64,000 nucleotides of DNA from the human T2T-CHM13v2.0 reference genome, Homo sapiens. Positions 27,264 to 39,554 of the stretch are shown piece by piece (position 1 is the stretch's first letter; each line of letters starts with the position of its first letter). The translations under genes and the position numbers were made by a program. Below the pieces are notes generated by a model, which was not told the DNA's origin, searched no databases, and was given only the letters and a program-made list of their open reading frames with translations. Location: assembly GCF_009914755.1 (NCBI RefSeq), contig NC_060939.1, one strand, 5' to 3'.

Positions 27264-28628
27264 TTAACTTTTGGATTCTCTTTGTCCTAGCAGTCTCATC
27301 TGACTCATGAGAATCTTAACTAGTTTCAGATAAAGATGAGCTATCAACCACAGGTAGATTTAATAGAAAAAATGGTGCTGCTTTCAAGCCCCTATTAGAT
27401 TAACAGTGTTAACAGAGGTACTTTATAAGAGTCCTAGCAATGGGATAAGTATATTAAAGTTACCAGTCCTGCACCAACACACACACAAAACCCCCTTAGC
27501 AACAGAGATGACAGCTTGGTAATAGCAGCTGCTGCTTAATTGAAAACATTAGAAAAATATTACATTATATCTGTATTCCTTGTTTTTATGTTTATTTTCA
27601 TCACGAGTGAGAAAATAACCCAGGAAGAATACAAAGGAAACATGAAACAAAGGTTCAAGACTAACAATGGTAATGGGTGAACTGTTGCTTGATATTTAGT
27701 TTCTGGGGACTCATTCCACATGTCCTGCAAATGAGCAGTCTTTTTTGGTGTGCCAAGGTCCAGAATTTCTCTCATAATGTTGAATTTAGTTCCTAATAAA
27801 CCTTTTACATTTGATTAACTCAGAGGAGAAATGGCATACATAGGTGTCTTTGTGTACATCTGTGTTTGTGTGTTGAGGAAGTGGTGTTCAGATTTTGAAG
27901 TGCCTCTTCACATACAGAGATAAATGTGGGGCACATCATTATACTAATGTAAAGCTAGGAGTGCATGTTTTTGAACAATGACATGAGTCCAGCCTTAATA
28001 AAGTGACCCATTTACATCAAAGCCAACATCAATGTACAGAGCACGATTAGGAGAGAGATAGCAAGGAAAGAGGAGTATACCTGCAGTTTTATGCAAGCAG
28101 ACTAAATTAAACAATGAACGCACGTGGACGCATTTGTGTCTTGAAATGTGAATCAGGAAGCAACCTTGGAATTTGCTGGGGCCCCCCATTTATTCAGACA
28201 GGATACTCAAAACTTTATATGGGTAGCTTAGAAAGCCAGAAAAAGGCAGGAGATTATGTTTATTTCAGGGCAATGATTTTTTTTCCCTAAACTCATGCCA
28301 AAAGTAATAGTACTAATGAATTTCATGGGCCCAAAACATTACTTGGCATGTAGTCAGGATCCATCTGGCCATTGGAAACCAGGCAGCCCCATATGCAAAC
28401 ACAATTTTCAAATGTGGGCAATGCATTGAAGGCTGTTGCTTCAAAGTAAATATCTAATGTTCTGTTTGATAGCAGTGAACTCACAAAAGAAACATGCTGC
28501 AGACTCATATGTCCAGAATCTCTATCCTGCAATTACAACTACTATGTTTTTTGCAATAGAATTTGAGCGCTTTTCAAGATTAACTAAATCCTATGAAAGA
28601 AAAAAATGCTATTCTGTAAGCTTCCTGA

Positions 28629-28995
<367 letters not shown>

Positions 28996-29424
28996 GAGAA
29001 GGCTTTCATGTAGTAGACACACTACTAATAAACATGGCCATGAATCAAAAGTGAAATTGATATGCTACTGAAAGATTCAATGGAATGGCAGCTAAGGTTT
29101 TTTGGATTAATCAGAAATTCCAGTGTATTTTTAGTTGATTCATTTATTTCTTGGTTCAACTAATATGTAACAAGCATCTACTCTGGGTCAACCAAAGTGC
29201 TAGGCACAGGACTGAGATTTTTTACCCAACTCTTACATTGTTCTCTTGGATGACAGAGGTGGGAAAGATATTCTTCCCATGTCAATGACTCCAGTTCTTT
29301 GACTTACTAGTCAATAAACAAGTTTGTTATTACATAAATATTTTAGGTAAATTTGATTAATGTTGACAAACAGCATTTGAAAGAAATAATGCATCTGTAT
29401 TATATTTGAGGCTTTACTGCCTTC

Positions 29425-29513
29425 ACTCCTTGAGTCTGTGAAGACAGTAGAGACAGAAATACTTTTCTCAATATTCACTAGCAAGCCATGCAAAATTATT
29501 ATAGTAGTCTCAC
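29425..29513. repeat. Copy 1 of an 89-bp ungapped direct repeat (copy 2 at 30334-30422)
   Basis: 74/89 identities counted by eye, offset 909 bp. Confidence 0.9.
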
Positions 29514-30333
29514 CCTCTTAAATCATCTTAGAAATAGCAAGTGTCAATAAAGTAGATATATTAATACAATAACCTGCTAATGAGATTATAGCGCTTTATG
29601 CACTCACTAATGTTGTCATATGTATCTTTATAAGGTGCTTTATAAATAAGAAAATACCTTGTTTTGATTTGAAAGAGATGTTTTCCTCCTCATTTGGCTT
29701 TTCAAGTTGAAGAAACGTGCCCCGGTTTTAAAAAGTAAATTAAATAACTTCCAAGAATACTGAACAACAGGATTACAAAATGACTAATTAAAAGTCACCA
29801 ATGAAAGCAGTGGATACGTATGAATTAGGCTGATGATAACTCAAGGGTATATTCAAGTCGTGTTTAATATTTGGCTCATTGGTGGTGGAAATTAGTCGCT
29901 GAGTTCATACATAACCTTTCTGTGATACAAAGATAATAATTATATAGGAAATCTCATAATCAAATGGGAAGACATAAAAACTTAAAAAATAATCTCTTCA
30001 ATGGGTTTATTATTGATTTACTATAGAGGTAGAAGTTTGCTCCACCCTTTTTCAGGATCTATTAGTGCTTCCAAGTCAGGAAAATAAATGGAGATTAAAT
30101 ATTTTAAGTATACAAACTTCTATCGGAAATCCAAATCGATAATGTAAAAAACTCAACTGAATCTTTGGAAAATGCTTTAAAAGATACATTAATGCAAGTT
30201 TTATTAAGGAATTGATTAACAAAAATTATTAAGTATAGCTCTTGTAGATTTCTGGTGTTAGAGTTGGAAATATTTCAGAAGCTATCTATGTCTAAAATAG
30301 TCCCTCGTTATCAATGCAGGACTCTTTTCTGGT

Positions 30334-30422
30334 ACTCTTTGAGTCTGTGAAGAACATACAGATAAAAATACGTTTCTCAATGTTCACTAACAACCCATGC
30401 AAAATTATCATTGTGCTCTCAC
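30334..30422. repeat. Copy 2 of the 89-bp ungapped direct repeat
   Basis: TGAGTCTGTGAAGA...TTTCTCAAT.TTCACTA.CAA.CCATGCAAAATTAT shared with 29425-29513. Confidence 0.9.
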
Positions 30423-30744
30423 TTTTGATCATATATGTCCAGTAACCAAAAATAACTATCAATAGCTCAGCTGTAGTACATTCAAAACAAATTATATTTA
30501 TGTCTTGCATTATTTGGGGTTTAGCTAGAGCTTGTATTCTAGAGCCATCAAAAGTCTCAAGCACAAAATCCTGAAGAGGTCAAATTATACAGGTTTTAGA
30601 AAGCCTTACTTTCGTTTAAAATAAAAAACTTCATATCTACACAAGGTTCGCAATTGCTAGAGCTCTAGGTTGCTGTACTGTGCTGAATTTGCCCAGTAAT
30701 GATGGCCAATTACCCAAAAGAAAATGAGAAACAAGCCACGTTGA

Positions 30745-30970
30745 GAATTGTGAAAACAGGTGTGGTCAGGAGAACCAGGTTAGGTGCCCACCACTAGCCA
30801 GAAAAATACTCGCTTGCCTTTGGAGAAAAGTTTTTGTTAATGTCTCTCAAGTCAAGTGTAAATATCTGCAAAATGGGAATTATAACGTTTAATTTTCTTG
30901 CAGAGTGATTGTGAAGAATACATGAGATAAAATTTGTAAAAATGCTTAGAATTGTTCAGTGATTGGTACA
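30745..30970 (+). mobile_element. MIR SINE
   Basis: ATCTGCAAAATGGGAATTATAA..CAGAGTGATTGTGAAGAATACATGAGATAA..AAAATGCTTAGAA. Confidence 0.65.
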
Positions 30971-33510
30971 GGATCAAAATTCCAAAATCTGCCAGTGAAT
31001 GTAACTGAATAGTTGGGGTCTCATTTTTGCTGTATCTGTTATAGATAGCATTAAAAGAGAAAAAATAATCTTTTATTATGGAAATGTTAATTGAATGTGA
31101 TAAAACATCTCTTTAACCAAGGAGATATGTGAAAATTAATTAAATTTGACAACTTTTCTTCTCTAGTTATGTTCACAATTTTTATTCATGTAGCATGGTT
31201 AAATTGTATTTCTGAGATGGAATGAGAGACCCTCTAAGTTTCTATCAATTGCTCACTCTAAATCCATCATTGTCCAATGTGTCAAAAAGTGTAACTAAAA
31301 TACAGTGCATCTCATAAAATAAATATATAATTATGTATCATAAATATTGTAAAATTTTTAAAAGAACAAATTTTAAAATGTATATTGTAAGACTTACATG
31401 AGCTTATAAAACTTAGATGCCAATCACATTATATAAGTACTATAAATCTTATGTAGTACATAAAAATTCTAATGGAAATTCAAGCCAACAGCATGTATGT
31501 CATATTGTCATGTCATATTACCGTATAGGATAGTGTAGTATAGTATTATATTACATTACATTAATCACATTGATTTCGGGATAGCTTTGCAATGAAAATC
31601 AGAAATGCTAAGGCATACTGTCCGTACACTGAGCAAAACTGCATTTTTGTTTCTAGGATACATTTTCATATCACCTAGAGAGATAATTTATTCATTGAAT
31701 GCTAGATTTAAAATAATTTTCAGTTGATACTAGATTGAAAAATTGAAAAAAAATGCAGCAAAATAAGGTTGTTAAGGGTTTTACATGTAAGATTATATTA
31801 TTTATGGGTATTAAAAATCTACCAAGATTTTACCTTAAATAAGAATTTCCCTTAATCTTACTGATTAAAATTTCTTCCATCCAAATTTATAAAAATAATC
31901 CTACATTAGGGTATTAAATCTCTTTCAGATAAATTATGCATGAGAAATCTGATCAGATACATTAGGAACTGAGAATGTTGATTATCCTATAATCTCTACA
32001 TATTCATTTCTAATAAGGGGTAATTCCATTTAATGTAGTGATCCTTTTCCAGTTGGAGATTTGAATTTGATATCTCAGTGCTTATATTAATTCCAACATT
32101 TATGTACAAGCATATTGATTCATTTGTGCAGTGGCGGTATTGGCTGCTTCAGGGGGCTCTTACATCAATCCTTTAAAAAAAACAGGCTATGGAAATGATA
32201 ATGGATATTGTTACTAACTTTGTCATTTAAACATTGCTGTTTCCATTGCTGTTGGACGTTAGAGCCAAGGGCATTTTAAAAGGCCATATCCATTTCTGTA
32301 AGCATATTAACATTGTGAGATCCCTCCTGGAAATTTTAGAGGATTGTGTGTTAAGAGGAGGTTAAACTCATTTGAAAAGCTATGACAAACTTTTGGTTGG
32401 TTGTTAATCACTGTGATTTTAGCAAGTTGAATAAAAGTATTTTTTGCAGTAGGCTCATAACACCTCTGACAAATTTGCTGTCTTTAGCATTTTAGAACTA
32501 TGACTCAGGCCTTCCCAGAAAAGGTGGGAAGGAAGGGATGGAAGTGGGGATGTGAGGAGGCTGGGACTTAAGGGGAGCAGAAGAGAAGAGGCAGGCACCA
32601 GGAGGAGGAAGCATCCCTTTGCTAATCACCCATCACAAGCAATGAAATTCCTCAGGCTAGGAGTCAGCCAGGTGCATTTCAAAGAGAAGTGTTGGAGGGA
32701 GAAAGTGTCACTCAGGCAGATATTTATGAAAGATGACAGTCTGCAAATATCTCAATCTTGGACAAGGCTGTGCCAGTGACATAAAGGAGTGCAGCAAAAT
32801 TGGACGAGTCAGCAGCCAACATTTATTTCATCAAGACCTGTCCAATCTCCACTGATGGTTTGATAGTCTGGGGAGAGCAGGCATCAGTGGGGCTCATTCT
32901 GCCGGTTACTCTCAGTCACTTTGCATGGATCCGTCCAAAATGTTCTAATAAATATGTAAAGAAGGATAAAAAGAAGAATTTAGAAAAGCTCTGTTTGCAG
33001 AACTAGCACACGATTGAATTGCCTTTTTAGCTATGCCAAAGAGGAGGCTTAGTAATTACAGAAATATTGATTGCTGCTCCTGCCAGTTGACAGGAAGACA
33101 GGCCTGTGTCCTGCCAGTGTGGAGACCTTCACCCCAGTACAAACGCCCTGCAGGTCCAGGGACTTAAGAGGGGATCCCCTGAGATGCTCTGCCCCATGAC
33201 AGCAGCCTCACCGCCTCTGATATACTGAGCCTAGTGAGCTTTGTTAGACATAGAAGTCTGTATTTCTTCCCCAAGGGGTAAAATACTAGACACACTGGCC
33301 TGAACAAATGCTAAAATAAATACCGGGGGTAGAGATCTTCCATACTATTTCTATCAAGCTGGAATTCAGCAGAGACATCAGAAAGAAATAGGCTTTTGGG
33401 GACAAGCAGGCTGTTTTTGACATTACAGTATATCAGAGGTCACTACCTGGCCAAACTCAACTAGCAGGTGTGTTTAGTTTGTTATTCAAAATTCTTTTCA
33501 TGCACATATT

Positions 33511-33570
33511 TTATAAGTCATCATTAAAAAAGGAGATTTTTTTAAAATCATCATTAAAACAGGAGATTTT
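33511..33570. repeat. 30-bp tandem duplication
   Basis: TCATCATTAAAA(A/C)AGGAGATTTT twice, period 30. Confidence 0.9.
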
Positions 33571-33814
33571 AGGTTCAAATCTTAATTTTAGGCTTCCTTG
33601 GGAGAAAAAAAATCTAATAAGACAACATTGGGCGCATAATATTTTGTCCACAACTTGGAAGAACTGAAAAACGGCTGCTGTCTTTAAAAGATGTGTCATT
33701 CCCCACTCGCTCTATTTCTCCTGAAAATCAATGCTGAGGATCAGTTGTCCTTTACCATGAAAATCGTATCTTTTCTCATTTACTCTAGGTTTTATTTCAC
33801 TTACTTATATTACC

Positions 33815-34025
33815 CATGTGTTAAGCATTTGAGTTTTGACCACAGAAAACAAACACACTAGCTCCGTTATTTGGATAAGTTGCAATCCCTCAGGTTCCTG
33901 ATCTTTGAAATAAGATTAAGGCTGATTGTTTCATATGGTTGTTCATGAAGATTAGAGATATAGATTGGAAAAGCTCAGGACAGTGTTGGGCAGATACCAG
34001 ACATTAAATAAATGCTAGTTTCATT
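33815..34025 (+). mobile_element. MIR SINE
   Basis: TTGGATAAGTTGC..CTCAGGTTCCTGATCTTTGAAATAAG..GGTTGTTCATGAAGATTA. Confidence 0.6.
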
Positions 34026-34215
34026 CATTCTTCCCCTCTACTCCCCAGTCTTCTTAGAAGGACTCATCGGTAATTAAAAGAGAAAAAATATTATTTCATT
34101 TTGAGAGCTAAGTGTAGATAAGCAGTCTGCTTACCTAGATGTGGTATTTTAAAAGCTGTCCATACATTTTTGTGAGTCTTCAATCATCATAGCATTTCGT
34201 AAGCATCAGGCTATC

Positions 34216-34378
34216 ACAGCAGTTCTCAGATTTGAGGGTCAATCAGAATCACCTGGAGGCCTCATTACAGCACAAAAACATTCCCAGAGTTTCTTACCCA
34301 GTAGATCCAAGGTGGGGCCCTGAGAATGTGTGTGTCTAATGGGTTTCCAGGTAAGTCTGATGCTTTGAGAAGCACCTG
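34216..34378. mobile_element. MER5A-like hAT-Charlie element
   Basis: CAGCAGTTCTCA..ATCAGAATCACCTGGAG..GGTGGGGCCCTGAGAAT..CTTTGAGAAGCAC. Confidence 0.85.
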
Positions 34379-35478
34379 CTACTTAATTAGGGCTGGAATT
34401 CTAAAAGCTGGAAAAGAAGGCATGTGTTATACCCATTGCCTGCAGCAAAGACAAGTGAGGGACAATTCTTTTGTTGTTTGTTTGTTCTTAACAATTGTAA
34501 CAAAGTCAAATTATTTGATCTCAGGAGTTTTTCTTTCTAGGCAATAGAATGGTTAAAGATCATGAAATGAGATAATGTAAATTAGATAAATGTAAATCTA
34601 GGGAGCGTGACCACTACAACCAGAGATTTTGAGTTCTTCTAAGTTAATGGCATGATAATCAACATCCTCAAGAAGGAGCACAGTAGGGACACACACTCTT
34701 AAATGCCAGCTGATGTGTTATTCTTGTAATTATCAGTATTCATTATTTTGGTTGAAATGGTCATTAGTTTCTCCCTATAGGTAACCCTATAATTGTTAGC
34801 ATTAGCCACCTGAGCTGTGTTTAGGGGAGATTCCAGTGTGTTTAGTTATTCAGGTAACTGTGTCACAACAGCACATTTCTAAGGATGCCAGACTTCTCTG
34901 TGTATTCCTCCTAGCAAAGTCAGCTGCAGATGGAGGTAGGTTAACTTTACAGAATACACAAAGCCCTGCTTCTACTTAGACTTTCTGCCATTCTATCAAA
35001 ATAAAAGGTGAATTCAATTAAATGTCATTTTCTTCCTTCATTTATACTTTGCATTTCTCAGAATCTTGAAAAATTAAAAATAAATGTGCTGTAATGCAGT
35101 TCTCGTTTCAGTCACGCCAAATTCAGTTTCATGTTTCCACCGTTTTGAACAATTTGGGGTCATCCCTGAATGCATGAAATCAAGCAAGTGTGCTGTAAGA
35201 GTTCTCACCCACTGGGAGCTAGCAGACATTTGCACAGACTCATGCAGAGGCAAGTGTTCTATCACCCCACATCTCAGCAATTTGGGGTGACGACGAATCT
35301 GGGCCACTTTTTAATTATTATTTTAAAATTTTGCTTTCCATCTTTTCACCTTTTAGCATAACTCCTCCTCTTCTGTGGAGTAAATGTGGCCCCTGGGGCC
35401 TCTAGGCTACTTCATGTTAGGGACAATATTAAAATATGCATATAACTGATCATATTTTCCAGAAGAAATACAGTTATT

Positions 35479-35919
35479 TGGCAAAATTTGTTTAATTGGG
35501 GCACAGGAGGAGGCCATTGCTTGGGACTGAGCTCCTGCACTAGGCCCCAACAGACCAAACCAAAATGAAGTCACTCATGCTAAATGCCACATGATCAAAC
35601 TGAAGCTTTAAGGAAGTAGATGGATCCCCAAACAGAATAGTTTTCTTGAAAACAGGAGACTCCAGTCTACCTGAGTCCAAGTATTAAGAAAGTTCTCTCT
35701 GCTTTAACCCTTACAAAAAAAAAAAAAAGTAATTTGATGTTAACCAATCAGCTTTTTTTTCTATTATTCTGTTTCCTTGCTCCCCCCTTACAGACCTCAC
35801 TGTTCTGCCACTGCCCCGTGAGAGGTCTCATTCTATTTTGTAGAATGGAGTCTGTCCTGAATCATAAATTCTGCATAAAAGCCATTTAGATCTAAATTTG
35901 TTGCAATTTTGTCTTTCTA
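35479..35919 (+). mobile_element. ERV solo LTR (LTR47-like; subfamily uncertain)
   Basis: CCTGCACTAGGCCCCAACAGACCAAACCAAAATGAAGTCACTCATGC; AACCAATCAG CCAAT box; 3' ATAAAAGCCATTTAGATCT..TTTTGTCTTT. Confidence 0.7.
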
Positions 35920-35948
35920 GAGGGGTGAAGAAGAATCTGAGTCACTCC

Positions 35949-35950
<2 letters not shown>

Positions 35951-35996
<46 letters not shown>
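35951..35996. repeat. (TAT)~15 trinucleotide repeat
   Basis: Read directly. Confidence 0.97.
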
Positions 35997-36399
35997 TTGC
36001 CTTCCATCTGGTCACCCTGTAGCACAAACCCCCTTCCTCTATGGAGTAAGTGCAGCCCCTGTGGCTTCTATGCAACATCATACTTGGGAAAATAGTAAAA
36101 TAAATATACGTATGTCCACATTATCAAAATAGAGATGTAATTGTTTTGCAATGATTGTTTAATGCAGGGAGAGAAACTGAGATGCTCAAAAGTCTCATAA
36201 AGAATACTAAATCTTAACATTCAGAAGGCTAGAAGACTTGTGGAAGGGTCTGTAGGTGATACCTCCTCCTTTCTACTCACAAATAAAATTTAACTGAACT
36301 TTCCTCTTCCTGCTGCCCCCGCGCTCCCCACCAAGCCAAGAGTGGAGGGCAGGAAGAAGTGTTTTCCACTTACCTTTCTATCACTATCTATTATCAATA

Positions 36400-36611
36400 C
36401 CTGAAATGTCTTCCATCTGAGACTCAGAAACAGCACACATGTCTTCACTTTACTTTCCGTGGGAAATAGCATAGTCAGATGGCCACACCTGACTGCAGGG
36501 GAGGCCGGGATATGACAATGAACTGAGCAGCCATGCGCATAGCCAGGATAACTCTTCTAGGGAAGAAGGCGAACAGGAATTTTGTAGATAGCTGGCCATC
36601 TCTTCTTGACA
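36400..36611 (-). mobile_element. Old MLT1 (J/K/L-like) LTR fragment
   Basis: TAGTCAGATGGCCACACCTGACTGCAGGGGAGGCCGGGA is characteristic of antisense MLT1. Confidence 0.7.
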
Positions 36612-37389
36612 GATGGGTAGCCTTGAGAAGTGGGGACCTCTGGATGATCAAATTGAGGTTGGTCAAGGTTGTTAGGGGATCCCAGCCTCAACGGTAAGGC
36701 TGAGGCCAATAACTTCTCCAACCCTAAAATTATTTTATTCTCTAAGAAAAATACCAACCTAAAGTAGCCTTCCCAGAGTTTCAATATGAAGCTTTAAAAG
36801 AATTCCTTCTGCTTCCTTTCCTGATTTTTGAAACTTCTTTTACTTCTGCTACTGCCCAATTACTCTGGGATCTGGAGCCCTTGAGTACAGACCTTTCTAA
36901 TGGCAAGTATACCCAACACCATTTGAAATATTTCCTACATACTAGCAGTATATAAGAATGTGAAAAATGGTGATGTGTATCACTTGAAATCTTGTTTTTA
37001 TCACGTCTATATTTTGCTCAAAATAACCCCAATGGACCAGTGTTTTTAGATATAAACCAGTTTATAGATACCAGGCCAACATCTACATTCCCTCATTCAA
37101 AAAACAAGAAAAATCTGTGGTCAGCAAATTTTTCAGGATCACTCCTCATCCCTCTACAATATCAATGTTGTATTCTATTGGCCTTATACCTTTTGAAGTT
37201 GTGCTTTGTTCAGGTTATTCCTTAAGGGATAATCCAAATAACAGACTCTTGAGTGCTTCCATCATCATGGTAGCCAGGAATTACTATATTTCCTTAGTGT
37301 TTCATTTCAGTTACATTATATATGTGGGATAAACATTCGTGGAAACTCAAATTTATCAAGAAATTCATACACTTATCAACAAATTCCTA

Positions 37390-37630
37390 ATACAGTATGG
37401 TAATTCAGAGCTCTGTATATGAACTTAGGGAGATCCGGGTTCAAAACCAAATTCCACTACTTGCTAGCTGTGTATTCTTGGACAAATAACTTAAATTTTC
37501 TTACCTTCATTTACCTTATAAATCATGGAAGACAAAAATAGTATCTATCTGATAGAGTGGCAGTAATGATCAGCTGATATTATGTATGATTCCTTGATTA
37601 ATATTAAACACTTGATAAATTTGACTATTT
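37390..37630 (+). mobile_element. MIR SINE
   Basis: GGGTTCAAAACC..TTCCACTACTTGCTAGCTGTGTATTCTTGGACAAATAACTTAA. Confidence 0.75.
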
Positions 37631-38150
37631 TTACTTATTTCATGTATCATTCATTACTCTCTCCTTATGTATACTTACATATACATTCATACTGATTGTC
37701 AAAGTTGTTTGTTTCACTTTTATTTTTATCTTATTGAGTAGAGAGGGACCTTAATGTTTACTGATTCAAAATAAGCCCAATGTTAGGATCTTCTCTACAG
37801 TGCCATCCAGCCACTGCAAGCACCACCCACGAAAAGCAAACACATTTTTCCATTTTACTGTGTCAGCAGGGAAACCTTTTCATATTCAAGTCTGCCTGTT
37901 CAAGTCTTAATCCTTACCTTTGGAGCTGCCCAGGAGAACTACGGTATTGTGCCATATAGCAGTAATTAAGATATTAAATTATGATTGTGCCAATAGTTCT
38001 CTTACTGAGGCTCAATAACATTGTATCTTCGTACAATTATATTTTCCTTTTATTAATCAATTTTATTTTAAGTTCCAGGGTACACGTGCAGGATGTGCAA
38101 GTTTGACATAGGTAAATGTGTGCCATGGTGGTTTCCTACACAGATCAACC

Positions 38151-39554
38151 TGTATTAGTCTGTTTTCACACTGCTATAAAAACATACCCAAGACTGGGTA
38201 ATTTATAAAGAAAAAAGCTTTAATTTACTCACAGTTCCACAGGGCTGGAGAGGCCTCAGGAAACTTAAAATAATGGTGGAAGGGGAAGAGGCACATCTTA
38301 CATGGCAGCAAGCAAGACAGTGGCGTGCAAAGGGGGAAGACCCCCTTATAAAATCATCAGATCTCTTGATAACTCACTTATTATCATGACGACTGAAGGG
38401 GTGGCCTGCCCCTCCACACCTGTGGGTATTTCTAGTCAGGTGGGACGAGAGACTGAGAAAAGAAATAAGACACAGAGACAAAGTACAGAGAAACAACAGT
38501 GGGCCCAGGGGACCGGCGCTCAGCATACCAAGGACCTGCACTGGCACCGGTCTCTGAGTTCCCTCAGTTTTTATTGATTATTATTTTCATTATTTCAGCA
38601 AAAAGGAATGTAGTAGGAGAGCAGGGTGATAATAAGGAGAAGGTCAGCAACAAATATGTGAGCAATAGAATCTATGTCATAATTAAGTTCAAGGGAAGGT
38701 ACTATGACTGGACATACACGTAAGCCAGATTTATGTTTCTCTCCACCCAAACATCTCAGTGGAGTAAAGAATAACAAGGCAGCATTGCTGCAAACATGTC
38801 TCGCCTCCCACCACAGGGTGGTTTTCCTCTCATCTCAGAATTGAACAAATGTACAATCGGGTTTTATACCGAGACATTCAGTTCCCAGGGGCAGGCAGGA
38901 GACAGTGGCCTTCCTCTATCTCAACTGCAAGAGGCTTTCCTCTTTTACTAATCCACCTCAGCACAAACCCTTTACGGGTGTCGGGCTGGGGGACGGTCAG
39001 GTCTTTCTCATCCCACGAGGCCATATTTCAGACTATCGCATGGGGAGAAACCTTGGACAAGACCCAGCTTTCAAGGGCAGAGGTCCCTGCAGCTTTCCGC
39101 AGTGCATTGTGCCCCTGGTTTACTGAGACTAGAGAATGGCAATGACTTTTACCAAGTATACTGCTTGTAAACATTTTGTTAATAAGGCACGTCCTGCACA
39201 GCCCTAGATCCCTTAAACCTTGATTTCATACAACACATGTTTTTGTGAGCTCCAGGTTGGGTCAAAGTGGTTTGGGCAAAGTGGTTGGGGCAAAGCTACA
39301 AATTAACAACATGTCAGCAAAGCAATTGTTTAAAGTACAAGTCTTTTTCAAAATGGAGTCTCTTATGTCTTTCCTTTCTACATAGACACGGTAACAGTCT
39401 GATCTCTCTTTCTTTTCCGTACAACCACAGCATGGGGGAAACCGCCCCCATGATTTAATCACCCCCTACCAGGTATCTCCCTAGACACTTGGCGATTACA
39501 GGGATTACAATTCAAGATAAGATCTGGGTGGGGACAAAAAGCCTAACCATATCA
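38151..39554 (-). mobile_element. THE1D-like MaLR solo LTR, split by LTR5A (halves 38151-38393 and 39424-39554)
   Basis: TGTATTAGTCTGTTTTCACACTGCTATAAA ... GGGTGGGGACA..AACCATATCA; 5-bp TSD CAACC/CAAAC. Confidence 0.93.
38394..39423 (-). mobile_element. HERV-K(HML-2) LTR5A solo LTR, 1030 bp
   Basis: Minus strand begins TGTACGGAAAAGAAAGAGAGATCAGACTGTTAC and ends GGGGCAGGCCACCCCTTCA; 5-bp TSD ACGAC/ACCAC. Confidence 0.95.

Noticed and set aside
30318-30349. Cryptic V(D)J recombination signal (CACAGAC + 12 nt + A-rich nonamer, minus strand)
   Set aside because: Heptamer and nonamer both deviate from consensus, and no V/D/J segment is nearby.
29311-30564. Two similar peptides (HGLLVNIEK...FTDS) suggesting paralogous coding exons
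   Set aside because: The similarity just reflects the 89-bp DNA duplication; no known protein recognised, and the shared part looks intronic on that strand.
32501-32507. AP-1 site TGACTCA (also near 1295, 27301, 46497)
   Set aside because: A 7-mer at about chance frequency, with no supporting cluster.
32525-32575. G-run cluster as a G-quadruplex
   Set aside because: Loops are long and irregular; such motifs are common and there is no supporting context.
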